Assembly: GCA_045534215.1 (NCBI GenBank)
Contig: JAZSJG010000029.1
Span: 1 to 41,498, forward strand
Length of the DNA stretch: 41,498 bases
Origin: Eubacteriales bacterium
Lineage (GTDB): Bacteria > Bacillota > Clostridia > Oscillospirales > CAG-272
Reading direction: 5' to 3'
The position numbers and the translations under genes are program-made. This document shows, in pieces, positions 8,195-20,609 of the stretch (positions are counted from its first letter, which is position 1; every line of letters starts with the position of its first letter). The notes beneath the pieces are model-generated. The model worked only from the letters and a program-made list of their open reading frames with translations. It made no database searches and was not told the origin of the DNA.

Positions 8195-9877
8195 ATGAAA
8201 AACGCAAACAAATATAAAAAGCAATACTTTACCGCGGATGGCGTCAACATGAGTTGGACGCAAAAAGAATATATAGACAAGCCACCTATGTGGTGCAGTG
8301 TAGATTTAAGGGACGGAAATCAGGCGCTGATTATTCCCATGTCACTTGAAGAGAAGCTGGAATTCTTTAAGCTCTTGTGCGACGTTGGATTCAAGGAAAT
8401 AGAGGTCGGATTTCCTGCTGCATCCGAGACCGAATACGAATTTTGCAGAACGATTATAGAAAAAAATCTCATACCCGACGACGTTACCATTCAGGTTCTT
8501 ACGCAGTCAAGAGAGCACATAATCGCAAAAACGTTTGAAGCCATAAAGGGTGCCAAGCACGCAGTAGTACATCTTTACAATTCTACTTCTCTTGCACAGC
8601 GTGAGCAGGTGTTTAAGAAGGATTGTGACCAGATAATAGACATTGCTAAATTCGGTGCCAAGCTTTGCAAGGAATACAAAGCAAAAGTAGACGGTAAAAT
8701 CACATTCGAGTATTCTCCGGAAAGCTTTACCGGAACAGAGCCGGAATTTGCTCTTAAGATATGCAACGAGGTTATTAAAATCTGGGAGCCCACCCCTGAG
8801 GACAAGGTTATAATAAATTTGCCTGTTACGGTTTCGCATTCGATGCCGCATGTTTATGCAAATCAGGTTGAATATATGCACAAAAATCTTTTGTCGAGGG
8901 AAAACGTAATTATTTCCCTTCATCCCCATAACGACAGGGGCTGTGCGATTGCCGACAGTGAGCTTGGATTGCTTGCAGGTGGCGATAGAATAGAGGGAAC
9001 GCTCTTTGGAAACGGAGAGAGAACGGGAAACGTTGATATAATCACTCTTGCTCTTAACATGTTTTCCCAGGGAGTAGATCCGGGTCTTGATTTTTCCGAC
9101 CTGCCGGCAATAACGCGCGTTTACGAAAAGGTCACACGCATGCACGTTTATGAGAGACAGCCATACAGCGGTCAGCTTGTATTTGCCGCATTTAGCGGCT
9201 CTCATCAGGATGCTATAGCCAAGGGTATGAAATATCGCGAGGGAAAGAACATTCCTTGGACAGTTCCGTATCTTCCCATAGACCCAACGGATATAGGAAG
9301 AGTGTATGAAGCGGACGTAATACGTATTAATTCACAGTCCGGCAAGGGCGGAATCGGATATATAATGGAGACACAGTTCAATCTAAACCTTCCGCCTAAA
9401 ATGAGGGAGAAATTCGGTTATCACGTCAAGGATATTTCCGACAAGGGTCACAGAGAGCTTATGCCCCAAGAGGTTTATGAAATTTTTATGAGAGATTTCG
9501 TCAATATTAAAAATCCTCTTACTGTATTGAAGACGAATTATACCGAGCTTCCCGGCGGAAATATAGAGGGAGAAATTCTCGTTAAATTTAACGGCCAAAC
9601 ACAAAAAGTAAAAGCAATTGGAAACGGGCGTCTTGACTGTGTAAGCGGTGCGGTTAAAACTGTTATAGGCAGTTATTACACGCTGGAAAATTATACTCAG
9701 CATGCAATAGAAGGAAAGAGCAGCGCGGAGGCGGCAGCTTACGTCAGTGTTTCGGACGGCATCAAGGTCTATTGGGGCGCCGGAATAGACAGCGATATCG
9801 GGGCATCTTCTGTGAAAGCTTTGGTAAGCGCTGTAAATGCAATGCTTTCCGACAAGGGAATTAAGGAGAACAAGTAA
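8195..9877 (+). CDS. leuA: 2-isopropylmalate synthase (yeast/actinobacterial-type LeuA)
   Basis: WCSVDLRDGNQAL, EYSPESF, SLHPHNDRG, GNGERTGNVD, FSGSHQDAI, INSQSGKGG. Confidence 0.96.
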   Translation: MKNANKYKKQYFTADGVNMSWTQKEYIDKPPMWCSVDLRDGNQALIIPMSLEEKLEFFKLLCDVGFKEIEVGFPAASETEYEFCRTIIEKNLIPDDVTIQVLTQSREHIIAKTFEAIKGAKHAVVHLYNSTSLAQREQVFKKDCDQIIDIAKFGAKLCKEYKAKVDGKITFEYSPESFTGTEPEFALKICNEVIKIWEPTPEDKVIINLPVTVSHSMPHVYANQVEYMHKNLLSRENVIISLHPHNDRGCAIADSELGLLAGGDRIEGTLFGNGERTGNVDIITLALNMFSQGVDPGLDFSDLPAITRVYEKVTRMHVYERQPYSGQLVFAAFSGSHQDAIAKGMKYREGKNIPWTVPYLPIDPTDIGRVYEADVIRINSQSGKGGIGYIMETQFNLNLPPKMREKFGYHVKDISDKGHRELMPQEVYEIFMRDFVNIKNPLTVLKTNYTELPGGNIEGEILVKFNGQTQKVKAIGNGRLDCVSGAVKTVIGSYYTLENYTQHAIEGKSSAEAAAYVSVSDGIKVYWGAGIDSDIGASSVKALVSAVNAMLSDKGIKENK

Positions 9878-11562
9878 TGAAATTGACAGGAGCAGAGATA
9901 GTAGTCAGAACATTGATAGAGCAAGGTGTTACTGACGTTTTCGGTTATCCCGGAGGACAAATAATTAACGTTTACGATGCACTTTATAAGTACCGGGATG
10001 AAATTAATCACGTGCTTACGGCACATGAGCAGGGTGCGGCTCACGCAGCAGACGGTTATTCAAGAGCAACGGGCAAGGTAGGAGTATGTATAGCGACCTC
10101 GGGTCCCGGTGCAACCAACCTTGTAACAGGTATCGCTACTGCAATGCTTGATTCAATACCAATGGTTGCAATAACGGGAAACGTTCCGTGTTCGCTTATA
10201 GGCAAGGACTCTTTCCAGGAAATAGATATCACGGGAATAACCCTGCCGATAACAAAGCATAACTATTTTGTCAATGACATAAATATTCTTGCAGATACAA
10301 TAAGAGAAGCATTCTCGATAGCCAAAGCAGGCAGACCCGGGCCGGTCCTTGTAGATATTCCAAAGGACGTACAGGTTGCAACTTGCGAGTGGGAGGATAA
10401 GGGTATCGCTCCAAAGAAGCAGTTGCCGAAGGTGTCCGATAAAGAGATTGCAAAGGCGGTTGAGCTCGTTAATGAATCAAAGCGTCCGTACATATATATC
10501 GGCGGCGGTGCTGCAGGACTCGGACTCGGAAAAGAGGTAATCGAGTTTGCCAAGAAAATTGATGCATGTATAGGATGCACTTTTATGGGCCTTTCCGCAA
10601 TTCCCGATGAATGCGAGCGTTTTCTCGGCATGCAGGGCATGCACGGTCATTACGCTTCCTCCGTTTCTCAAAATGAAGCCGACCTAATTATAGGTATAGG
10701 CGTTAGATTTAGCGACAGAGCTACGGGAAACGTACAAAAATATGCGAAAAGCAGTAAGATAATTCAGCTCGACCCTGATTTTTCTGAAATCAATAAGAAC
10801 ATAAATGTGGATTGCGGTCTTGTCGGGGACGTCGAACATTCGTTTAGAGAAATATTTAAAGCGGTTGATAAAAAATCAAACCCTGAATGGATGGCAAGAA
10901 TTGCAGAGCTAAAGGCGGACGAAGAGCGCTTTGAGAACGAGAGGGACGAGCAGAACAGAGATAAGCTTACTCCAAAAGAGGTTCTCAAGGTTATCAACAA
11001 AAGAAAACCCGGGGGAACTGTTATAGTAACAGACGTTGGACAGCATCAAATGTGGACAGCGCAATACGTTAAGTTCGACCGTCCAAGGCGCTTTGTTTCA
11101 AGTGGCGGTCTTGGTACTATGGGCTTCGGTCTTGGTGCGGCAATAGGTGCAAGGGTAGCTACTGATGATACAACCGTGCTTATTACGGGCGACGGAAGCT
11201 TCGGTATGAACCTTAACGAGCTTGCAACAGCGGTTTCTCATAATATACCGGTCATTATTGTAATTATGAACAACACAGTTCTCGGAATGGTTCGTCAGTG
11301 GCAAACGCTTTTCTTTGGCAAGAGATACTCGAATACAGTACTTTCCGACAGAAAGACGGATTTTGTGAAGCTTGCCGAGGCATTTGGCGCTGTTGGATTT
11401 AGGGCTGATACTAAGGAAGAGTTCGAAAAAGCTTTTGTGAAAGCTGTCGAGCTTGGTACTACGGTAGTCATTGATACAAGCATTGACAAGGACGAGTTCG
11501 TTTTGCCAATGCTCCCGCCCGGCGGTTCGGTTGAAGAGATAATAACGAGCGTAAGCAAGTGA
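9877..11562 (+). CDS. ilvB: Acetolactate synthase large subunit
   Basis: FGYPGG, HEQGAAHAADGY, TSGPGATN, DVGQHQMW, GGLGTMGFG, GDGSFGMN (TPP motif); TAATG overlap with leuA. Confidence 0.96.
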   Translation: MKLTGAEIVVRTLIEQGVTDVFGYPGGQIINVYDALYKYRDEINHVLTAHEQGAAHAADGYSRATGKVGVCIATSGPGATNLVTGIATAMLDSIPMVAITGNVPCSLIGKDSFQEIDITGITLPITKHNYFVNDINILADTIREAFSIAKAGRPGPVLVDIPKDVQVATCEWEDKGIAPKKQLPKVSDKEIAKAVELVNESKRPYIYIGGGAAGLGLGKEVIEFAKKIDACIGCTFMGLSAIPDECERFLGMQGMHGHYASSVSQNEADLIIGIGVRFSDRATGNVQKYAKSSKIIQLDPDFSEINKNINVDCGLVGDVEHSFREIFKAVDKKSNPEWMARIAELKADEERFENERDEQNRDKLTPKEVLKVINKRKPGGTVIVTDVGQHQMWTAQYVKFDRPRRFVSSGGLGTMGFGLGAAIGARVATDDTTVLITGDGSFGMNLNELATAVSHNIPVIIVIMNNTVLGMVRQWQTLFFGKRYSNTVLSDRKTDFVKLAEAFGAVGFRADTKEEFEKAFVKAVELGTTVVIDTSIDKDEFVLPMLPPGGSVEEIITSVSK

Positions 11563-11570
11563 GGTGGAGT

Positions 11571-12071
11571 ATGAAAAATAATAAGTTTGTTATAGCCGTA
11601 TACGTTGAAAACAAATTCGGTGTTCTTACCAGAGTAACGAGTATGTTTACACGTCGCGGATTTAATATCGATGCTCTCACGGTAGGAGAAACCGAGCGCC
11701 CGGAATATTCGCGAATAACAATATCCTTGAGCGGTGACGGTTATGCAAGGGAGCAGCTCATAAATCAGCTTCGCAAGCTTATCAACGTCAAAAAGGTGGA
11801 CGTGCTTGAAGATGACTGTATAAAAAGAGAGCTTATGCTCTTGAAGGTAAGATACACCTCGGAAACGAGAGCGGATATTCTTTCTGCCACGGACGTTTAT
11901 CGGGCAAAGGTAATAGATTATACGACCGATGAGATGTGTATAGAGGTTACAGGAGACCCGAACAAGATAGACGCATTTATAAAGCTTATGATTCCGTACG
12001 GAATTATTGAAATGTGCCGCACGGGTATAGTTGCTCTTGACAGAGGCAGCGAAAATTTATTTGACGATTAA
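11571..12071 (+). CDS. ilvN: Acetolactate synthase small (regulatory) subunit
   Basis: VENKFGVLTRV, RRGFNIDALTVG, RELML, EMCRTG; start at ATG 11571 after GAGGTGGAG. Confidence 0.95.
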   Translation: MKNNKFVIAVYVENKFGVLTRVTSMFTRRGFNIDALTVGETERPEYSRITISLSGDGYAREQLINQLRKLINVKKVDVLEDDCIKRELMLLKVRYTSETRADILSATDVYRAKVIDYTTDEMCIEVTGDPNKIDAFIKLMIPYGIIEMCRTGIVALDRGSENLFDD

Positions 12072-12076
12072 TTTAA

Positions 12077-13126
<1,050 letters not shown>

Positions 13127-13148
13127 TTTTGAAAGGAATACATCCGTT

Positions 13149-14810
13149 ATGATAAAGGAAAAAGTAGTAGACGGATTTCAAAATGCACCCCACCGCTCCC
13201 TCTATCACGCTCTCGGTTATACCGAGGAGGAGATGAGCCGTCCTTTAATAGGCATTGTCAGCTCGTATAACGAGATAGTTCCGGGACACATCAATCTTGA
13301 CAAAATAACACAAGCGGTGAAAATGGGCGTCGCAATGGCAGGCGGAACACCGATTATGTTTCCTGCAATTACGGTTTGCGATGGAATAGCAATGGGACAT
13401 GTTGGTATGAAATACTCTCTTGTGACGCGTGATTTGATTGCTGATTCTACAGAGGCAATGGTTATGGCTCACGGCTTTGACGGACTTGTCATGATTCCCA
13501 ACTGCGATAAGAACGTGCCGGGATTGCTTATGGCAGCTGCACGTCTTAATATACCCACTGTTTTTGTAAGCGGTGGTCCTATGCTTGCAGGTCGAGTAGG
13601 GGGTAAAAAGAGAAGTCTTTCGAGTATGTTTGAAGCAGTCGGAGCTTACACAGCCGGAAAAATCGACGAATGCGAGCTGTGTGAATTTGAAAAGAAGGTT
13701 TGCCCGACCTGCGGCTCTTGCTCGGGTATGTATACGGCAAATTCCATGAACTGCTTAACAGAGGTTCTCGGTATGGGACTTTCGGGTAACGGAACAATCC
13801 CTGCGGTTTATTCTTCAAGAATTGAGCTTGCAAAGCATGCCGGTATGCAGGTAATGGAGCTTGTCAGAAAGAATATTCGACCAAAAGATATAATGACAAA
13901 AGAAGCAATAAGAAATGCTATTACTGCAGATATGGCGCTCGGTTGTTCAACCAACAGTATGTTACATCTTCCTGCCATAGCAAATGAGCTTGGAGTAGAT
14001 TTCTGCCTTGACGACGTTAATGAAATCAGCGAAAAAACTCCCAATCTGTGCCATCTTGCTCCCGCAGGTCCTACGTATATGGAGGATCTTAATGAGGCAG
14101 GCGGTGTTTATGCAGTTCTTGCCGAGCTTGATAAGCTCAAGCTTATCGATACTTCTGTTATGACATGCACGGGTAAAACCATGGCTGAAAATATTGCTTC
14201 GGCGAAGAATCTTGACACCGACGTTATCCGTACGGTAGATAACCCCTATAGCAAGACAGGCGGCATTGCCGTGCTAAAAGGAAATCTTGCACCGGACGGC
14301 TGTGTTGTAAAAAGGAGTGCAGTAGCACCCGAAATGCTCGTCCACGAAGGACCTGCAAAGGTTTATGAAAGCGAAGAGGAAGCGATTTCGGCTATCTATG
14401 CAGGGAAAATAGAAAAGGGCGACGTAGTTGTTATAAGATACGAAGGACCTGCAGGAGGTCCGGGCATGCGTGAAATGCTTTCACCTACTTCTGCAATAGC
14501 GGGAATGGGACTTGATAAGGACGTTGCACTTATAACGGACGGCCGTTTCTCCGGAGCAACGAGAGGTGCGTCTATAGGTCACGTTTCGCCCGAGGCGGTG
14601 AGCGGAGGTACTATAGCATACGTAAAGGACGGAGATATAATTTCCATAAATATTCCGGAGTACAGAATTGAACTCAAGGTATCCGAAAAGGAGCTTGAAA
14701 AGCGCAAAAGTGAGATGCCCATCAAGAAAAAAGAGAATATTACGGGATATCTTAAGCGCTATGCTGCAATGGTAAGCTCTGCCGACAAAGGAGCAATTAT
14801 AAACAAATAA
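13149..14810 (+). CDS. ilvD: Dihydroxy-acid dehydratase
   Basis: [45 protein letters not shown]. Confidence 0.97.
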   Translation: MIKEKVVDGFQNAPHRSLYHALGYTEEEMSRPLIGIVSSYNEIVPGHINLDKITQAVKMGVAMAGGTPIMFPAITVCDGIAMGHVGMKYSLVTRDLIADSTEAMVMAHGFDGLVMIPNCDKNVPGLLMAAARLNIPTVFVSGGPMLAGRVGGKKRSLSSMFEAVGAYTAGKIDECELCEFEKKVCPTCGSCSGMYTANSMNCLTEVLGMGLSGNGTIPAVYSSRIELAKHAGMQVMELVRKNIRPKDIMTKEAIRNAITADMALGCSTNSMLHLPAIANELGVDFCLDDVNEISEKTPNLCHLAPAGPTYMEDLNEAGGVYAVLAELDKLKLIDTSVMTCTGKTMAENIASAKNLDTDVIRTVDNPYSKTGGIAVLKGNLAPDGCVVKRSAVAPEMLVHEGPAKVYESEEEAISAIYAGKIEKGDVVVIRYEGPAGGPGMREMLSPTSAIAGMGLDKDVALITDGRFSGATRGASIGHVSPEAVSGGTIAYVKDGDIISINIPEYRIELKVSEKELEKRKSEMPIKKKENITGYLKRYAAMVSSADKGAIINK

Positions 14811-14835
14811 GCGGCTTTGAAAACAGAAGCAAAAG

Positions 14836-14868
14836 GGCAAAAGCTCTTCGTAACGGAGAGCTTTTGCC
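14836..14868 (+). other. Intra-cluster stem-loop between ilvD and leuC (terminator or mRNA-stabilising hairpin)
   Basis: GGCAAAAGCTCT...AGAGCTTTTGCC perfect 12-bp inverted repeat; no U-tract after the full stem. Confidence 0.65.
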
Positions 14869-14936
14869 GAATGAATTTAGAAATATCTGCGTAAAAATAA
14901 CGTTTTATATATATCGTATCTGAAAGGAAATTTGAT

Positions 14937-16205
14937 ATGCCAATGACAATGACGCAAAAGATACTTGCAAGTCACGCAGGACTTGAATACGTTGAGCCGG
15001 GGCAGCTTGTGCTCGTAAACGTAGACAGGGTGCTCGGAAATGATATTACATCTCCCGTGGCTATTCGCGAGTATGAAAAAATCGGTGTAAGCGGTGTGTA
15101 TGACCGTGAAAAAGTAACTATGGTAATGGACCACTTCGCACCAAACAAGGATATAAAGGCGGCAACACAGTGTAAAATGTGCCGTGACTTTTGCGAGAAG
15201 GAAGAGATTGTAAACTTCTTCGATGTAGGAGAGATGGGAATTGAGCATGCTCTTCTCCCCGAAAAGGGACTTGTAATTCCCGGTGACGTTGTAATCGGTG
15301 CTGATTCTCATACCTGTACATACGGAGCATTGGGTGCTTTTTCAACGGGCGTAGGTTCAACTGATATGGCATGCACAATGGCAACCGGTAAGACATGGTT
15401 TAAGGTTCCTTCGGCAATCAAATTCAATCTGAAAGGAAAGCTTAACAAGTATGTTTCCGGCAAGGATGTCATTCTTCATATTATAGGAATGATTGGCGTT
15501 GACGGTGCACTTTATAAGTCTATGGAGTTTTCGGGAGAGGGACTCAAATCTCTCACTGTATTCGACCGTCTTACAATAGCAAACATGGCTATTGAGGCGG
15601 GGGCGAAGAACGGAATTTTCGAAGTGGACGAAATTACCGAAAGCTATGTAAAAGAGCGCTCGGATAAGAAATACTCCGTGTTCTCAGCAGATGAGGATGC
15701 AGAGTATGATGCGGTTTACGATATAGATTTATCTAAGATAAAATCAACCGTTGCCTTCCCGCATCTTCCCGAAAATACGAAAACGATAGACGAAGTCGGC
15801 AACGTAGCTATAGACCAGGTAGTTATCGGATCTTGTACGAACGGACATTACAAGGATTTGGCTGAAGCGGCTGAGATTATGAAGGGTAAAAAGGTCAATA
15901 AAAGGGTTAGAGCCATAATAATTCCGGCAACACAGGATATCTATCTTAAGGCAATGGAAAACGGGCTTCTTAAGATATTCGTTGAGGCAGGATGCGTGGT
16001 TTCAACACCTACCTGCGGTCCTTGTCTTGGCGGCCATATGGGTGTTCTTGCAGCAGGAGAAAGAGCTGTTGCAACAACAAACCGTAATTTTGTAGGCCGT
16101 ATGGGTGACGTAACTAGCGAGGTTTATCTTGCAAGTCCTGCGGTTGCGGCGGCGAGTGCAATAGAGGGTAAAATAGCTGACCCGTGTAAAATAATGAAAG
16201 GTTGA
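14937..16205 (+). CDS. leuC: 3-isopropylmalate dehydratase large subunit
   Basis: [37 protein letters not shown]. Confidence 0.95.
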   Translation: MPMTMTQKILASHAGLEYVEPGQLVLVNVDRVLGNDITSPVAIREYEKIGVSGVYDREKVTMVMDHFAPNKDIKAATQCKMCRDFCEKEEIVNFFDVGEMGIEHALLPEKGLVIPGDVVIGADSHTCTYGALGAFSTGVGSTDMACTMATGKTWFKVPSAIKFNLKGKLNKYVSGKDVILHIIGMIGVDGALYKSMEFSGEGLKSLTVFDRLTIANMAIEAGAKNGIFEVDEITESYVKERSDKKYSVFSADEDAEYDAVYDIDLSKIKSTVAFPHLPENTKTIDEVGNVAIDQVVIGSCTNGHYKDLAEAAEIMKGKKVNKRVRAIIIPATQDIYLKAMENGLLKIFVEAGCVVSTPTCGPCLGGHMGVLAAGERAVATTNRNFVGRMGDVTSEVYLASPAVAAASAIEGKIADPCKIMKG

Positions 16206-16217
16206 GGGGGAAGAAAG

Positions 16218-16712
16218 ATGAAATTTGAAGGAAAAGCCATCAAATACGGAGATAACGTTGATACCGACGTAATCATTCCCGCAAGATACCTTAATACAAT
16301 CGATAAAAAGGAACTTGCCTCTCACTGTATGGAGGACATAGATAAGGATTTTGCAAAAAAGGTGAGTGTTGGTGATATAATGATAGCCGGATCGAATTTC
16401 GGCTGCGGTTCATCAAGAGAGCATGCACCTATTGCCATAAAGGAGAGCGGAATATCACTTGTTATAGCAAAAAGCTTTGCGAGAATATTTTACAGAAACT
16501 CCATCAACATAGGTCTTGCTATCCTTGAGTGCGAGGAAGCAAGCGAGAGAATAAACGAGGGTGACAGTGTTGAAGCTGACCTTGATGCCGGTATGATTTA
16601 TAACAGAACTACGGGCGAAAGCTTCAAAACAAAGCCGTTCCCCGACTTTGTTCAGAAAATTATATCAAACGGCGGACTCGTAGAGTCTATCCGCCGCGGT
16701 GACATAAAATAA
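16218..16712 (+). CDS. leuD: 3-isopropylmalate dehydratase small subunit
   Basis: [34 protein letters not shown]. Confidence 0.95.
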   Translation: MKFEGKAIKYGDNVDTDVIIPARYLNTIDKKELASHCMEDIDKDFAKKVSVGDIMIAGSNFGCGSSREHAPIAIKESGISLVIAKSFARIFYRNSINIGLAILECEEASERINEGDSVEADLDAGMIYNRTTGESFKTKPFPDFVQKIISNGGLVESIRRGDIK

Positions 16713-16756
16713 AATTCAGAAAATTTATGCCAGAGGCAGAATGGAAGATAGAGCGT

Positions 16757-17824
16757 ATGAATTATAATATAGCCCTTTTGAAAGGTGACGGAATAGGACC
16801 GGAAATAGTAGACAGCGCTGTACGAGTGCTGAATAAAATCGGAGAAAAGTACGGACACAGCTTCAATTTTAAGGAATATGATATAGGCGGTATTGCAATA
16901 GACAAGCACGGAGTACCGCTTCCCGAAGAAACCGTAAAGGGATGCCTTGCCTCAGACAGTGTTATCCTCGGAGCAGTTGGCGGACCGAAATGGGATGAGC
17001 TTCCCGGACATTTGCGTCCGGAAAAGGCACTTCTCGGAATACGTGCCGCAATGGAGCTTTTCACAAACCTGCGTCCCGCGAAGCTTTATCCCGCCTTGAA
17101 GGACGATTGCCCACTTAGAAGTGACATAGTCGATAAAGGATTTGATATTATGATAGTAAGAGAGCTCACAGGCGGAATTTACTTTGGCGAAAGAGGAATG
17201 CGTGAGGGCAAATACGGTGAGGAAGCGTACGATACGGAATGCTACAGCCGCATGGAAATAGAGAGAATAGCCAAGGTCGCTTTTGACGCTGCTATGAAAA
17301 GAAACAAAAGAATTGTCAGCATAGATAAGGCAAATGTTCTTGAAAGTTCTCGCCTTTGGAGAAAAATAATTCACGAAATGGCAAAGGATTATCCGGAGGT
17401 AACTGCTACAGATATGCTCGTTGACAACGCTGCGATGCAGCTTGTTCGTAATCCGGGGCAGTTTGATGTCATAGTTACAACTAATATGTTTGGTGACATC
17501 CTATCAGACGAAGCATCGCAGATAACAGGATCTATCGGAATGCTTCCGTCCGCTTCTCTTGGAAGCAGCACAAGAGGTCTTTATGAGCCGATACACGGTT
17601 CAGCTCCCGACATAGCAGGTCAGAACAGAGCGAATCCGATAGCAACGATACTTTCCGCGGCAATGATGCTTCTTTATTCATTTAATCTTTCCGAAGAGAG
17701 CGATGCTATTGTGTCTGCGGTTGATAAGGTTCTTGAGGCCGGATACAGAACATCCGACCTTGCTCACGGTAAGGATGCTCTTTCCACTACGGAAATGACC
17801 GACAAAATAATAGGAAATATATAA
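16757..17824 (+). CDS. leuB: 3-isopropylmalate dehydrogenase
   Basis: [46 protein letters not shown]; start 16757 chosen by homology (16727 possible). Confidence 0.96.
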   Translation: MNYNIALLKGDGIGPEIVDSAVRVLNKIGEKYGHSFNFKEYDIGGIAIDKHGVPLPEETVKGCLASDSVILGAVGGPKWDELPGHLRPEKALLGIRAAMELFTNLRPAKLYPALKDDCPLRSDIVDKGFDIMIVRELTGGIYFGERGMREGKYGEEAYDTECYSRMEIERIAKVAFDAAMKRNKRIVSIDKANVLESSRLWRKIIHEMAKDYPEVTATDMLVDNAAMQLVRNPGQFDVIVTTNMFGDILSDEASQITGSIGMLPSASLGSSTRGLYEPIHGSAPDIAGQNRANPIATILSAAMMLLYSFNLSEESDAIVSAVDKVLEAGYRTSDLAHGKDALSTTEMTDKIIGNI

Positions 17825-17834
17825 AGGATGCGGT

Positions 17835-19007
17835 ATGATAAATCTTAAAGAGCTTTATCTTAAGCTTTGTATGTCAAGCGTTTTTTCTTCTGTCCTTGAT
17901 AAGAAAATATTTGAGCTTTTTGCAAAATATTGCACCTCGGAGCAAAAGCACGATAAAATAAGAGCATACGGAGCTTTCGTTTCAGAAATATATCAAAACG
18001 GCGGCTCTCTTACCGATTACATACAGCGCCTTATACTTGAGGACGAAAACGTTTATATAAAAGCAATGGCGCATAAAAATCCCATCAGGGAAGAAATCAT
18101 ATGTGCTCTTGATGAGGAACTTGCGGCATTCGGTCAATTTGCTTCCGTTCGCGACGCGGATTTTGCATCCGATATGGAGCTTGATTACGTTTCTCGCTTT
18201 GAGTCACACCAAATTGATTTGAAAAAATGCTACAGTGACAGAATTCTCGGTATATCGAAATACGGATATGGAATTTTCTCTTCCTATCCTATGTTCCGTC
18301 TTTCTGACGAGGGGGAAATTGAGCCCATAATAAGCCGCGATAAAACCTCGGTTGACAAGTTCGTAGGTTATGAAAGGGAAAGAAGTGCCGTAATAGAAAA
18401 TACTGTTGCATTTACTGAAAACCGACCGGCAGCAAACGTTTTGCTCTGCGGTGATGCGGGAACGGGTAAATCTTCTACGGTAAAAGCAATAGCCAATATG
18501 TTTTTTGATTCGGGTGTGCGTCTTATAGAGCTCCGTAAGGACCAGCTTCACCATATCCCTTATGTTATGGGCAAAATTAGCGAAAATCCGTTGAAGTTCA
18601 TTATATTCATAGATGATTTGTCCTTCAATCAGAGCGATGACAATTTCAGCATGCTTAAAGCGGCTCTTGAGGGCTCTGCGTCGGCAAAGGCGGAAAATGC
18701 CGTCATATATGCAACATCCAACAGACGCCACATAGTCAGAGAGAGCTTTGCCGACAGAGACGGTGATGATGTACATAGGAACGATACTATGCAGGAAACG
18801 CTCTCCCTTTCCGAAAGATTCGGACTTGTAGTTTTGTTTGAAAGACCGAATAAAAAGCTTTATCTTGATATTGTGTTCACGCTCGCTGAACGCTCGGGCA
18901 TAAGCATGGGAAAAGAAGAGCTTGCAATCAAAGCAGAGGCATTTGCACTAAAGCGCGGAAGCCGTTCGGCAAGATGTGCAGAGCAATTTATCGAGAGTCT
19001 TTTGTGA
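17835..19007 (+). CDS. AAA+ family ATPase of unknown function (DUF815-like)
   Basis: Walker A GDAGTGKSS, Walker B IIFIDDLSF, YATSNRRH, SLSERFGL, GSRSARCAEQF. Confidence 0.8.
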   Translation: MINLKELYLKLCMSSVFSSVLDKKIFELFAKYCTSEQKHDKIRAYGAFVSEIYQNGGSLTDYIQRLILEDENVYIKAMAHKNPIREEIICALDEELAAFGQFASVRDADFASDMELDYVSRFESHQIDLKKCYSDRILGISKYGYGIFSSYPMFRLSDEGEIEPIISRDKTSVDKFVGYERERSAVIENTVAFTENRPAANVLLCGDAGTGKSSTVKAIANMFFDSGVRLIELRKDQLHHIPYVMGKISENPLKFIIFIDDLSFNQSDDNFSMLKAALEGSASAKAENAVIYATSNRRHIVRESFADRDGDDVHRNDTMQETLSLSERFGLVVLFERPNKKLYLDIVFTLAERSGISMGKEELAIKAEAFALKRGSRSARCAEQFIESLL

Positions 19008-19022
19008 TGAAAGGATAACTGA

Positions 19023-20216
19023 ATGCTTACTTTAGATAATGTTTACAGAGCCAGCTACGTCCTCAAGGACGTGTTAAGAAAAACCGATGTTATATACGCA
19101 CCGAAACTTAGCGTGGGAAATGATATTTATTTAAAAACCGAAAATCTTCAGATAACAGGTTCTTTTAAAATTCGCGGCTCCTATTATAAAATGACTCGTC
19201 TTTCTGACGAAGAAAAGAAAAAGGGCGTTGTGGCTTGCTCTGCTGGAAATCACGCGCAGGGTGTGGCACTCGCAGCTCAGAAAAACGGTATAAAAGCAGT
19301 GATTTGTCTGCCCGACGGAGCTCCTATATCAAAGATTGAAGCAACGAAAAGCTATGGCGCACAAATTTGTCTTGTCGAGGGCGTTTACGACGATGCCTAT
19401 AACAAAGCTCTTGAATTAAGGGACAGCAAGGGATACACCTTCATTCATCCCTTCAACGACGATGACGTTATAGCAGGACAGGGTACGATAGCGCTTGAAA
19501 TAGCCGATCAGCTTCCCGATGTAGATGTGATTGTCGTTCCTGTCGGGGGAGGCGGACTTATATCCGGAATAGCTTATACGATAAAGTCAATAAATCCAAA
19601 TGTAAAGGTTTACGGAGTTCAGGCAGCAGGAGCTCCGTCAATGGCAAACTCAATAAGCGACGGTAAGATTGAGGAGCTTCAGTCGGTTTCTACCATTGCT
19701 GACGGAATAGCCGTGAAAAAGCCGGGTGATAACACCTTTGAAATTTGCCGAAAATATGTTGACGGCATAGTTACCGTCAGTGACGATGAAATATCTGCGG
19801 CAATTCTTGCTCTTATGGAACAGCATAAGCTGGTGACAGAGGGGGCGGGAGCTGTTGCGGTTGCAGCGGCAATGTTCGGAAAGATTGATATTAAAGGCAA
19901 GAAAACCGTTTGCCTGCTCTCAGGCGGAAATATAGATGTTACAATACTCTCAAGAGTTATAAAAAGAGGTCTGCTTATGTCCGGCAGAACCTGTCAGCTT
20001 ATGATTGAGCTTGCAGATAAACCGGGACAGCTCAAAAATGTTTCAAGAATAATAGCCGACCTTGGAGGAAACGTTATTTCCGTTCACCACGAAAGAGCAA
20101 ATGAGGGTTCTGACGTTAACGGATGCTATCTGAGAATAGTTCTTGAAACACGTAATTTCGATCATATCAAAGAGATTAAAAATGCTCTTGTAGATTTTGG
20201 ATTTAAGCTACTTTAA
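19023..20216 (+). CDS. ilvA: Threonine ammonia-lyase (short form with one ACT domain)
   Basis: KTENLQITGSFKIRG, SAGNHAQG, PVGGGGL, SGGNID, ACT DKPGQL. Confidence 0.93.
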   Translation: MLTLDNVYRASYVLKDVLRKTDVIYAPKLSVGNDIYLKTENLQITGSFKIRGSYYKMTRLSDEEKKKGVVACSAGNHAQGVALAAQKNGIKAVICLPDGAPISKIEATKSYGAQICLVEGVYDDAYNKALELRDSKGYTFIHPFNDDDVIAGQGTIALEIADQLPDVDVIVVPVGGGGLISGIAYTIKSINPNVKVYGVQAAGAPSMANSISDGKIEELQSVSTIADGIAVKKPGDNTFEICRKYVDGIVTVSDDEISAAILALMEQHKLVTEGAGAVAVAAAMFGKIDIKGKKTVCLLSGGNIDVTILSRVIKRGLLMSGRTCQLMIELADKPGQLKNVSRIIADLGGNVISVHHERANEGSDVNGCYLRIVLETRNFDHIKEIKNALVDFGFKLL

Positions 20217-20234
20217 TTAAAGGAGGAGTTTGAC

Positions 20235-20609
20235 ATGGCACAGAAAATTTCCACACAAAATGCACCGGCGGCAATAGGTCCATATTCACAGGCGATGATT
20301 TACGGTGGACTCGTATTTACATCCGGACAGATTCCGATTGTTCCCGAAAGCGGTGCAATAGAAGCAAATGATATTACATCGCAGACAGAGCAGGTTATGA
20401 AAAATCTCGGTGCGGTTCTTAAAGCAGCGGGCACAAGCTTTGAGAAAGCGGTGAAGACCACTTGCTTCCTTGCAAATATTTCGGATTTTGCCGCATTTAA
20501 TGAGGTTTATGCAAAGTATTTTACAGAAAAACCCGCGCGTAGCTGTGTAGCAGTAAAGGATTTACCCAAGGGGGCTCTTGTAGAGGTTGAGGTTATTGCG
20601 GAAATCTGA
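20235..20609 (+). CDS. ridA: RidA family enamine/imine deaminase
   Basis: APAAIGPYSQA, SGQIP, PARSCVAV (catalytic Arg), LPKGALVEVE. Confidence 0.92.
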   Translation: MAQKISTQNAPAAIGPYSQAMIYGGLVFTSGQIPIVPESGAIEANDITSQTEQVMKNLGAVLKAAGTSFEKAVKTTCFLANISDFAAFNEVYAKYFTEKPARSCVAVKDLPKGALVEVEVIAEI

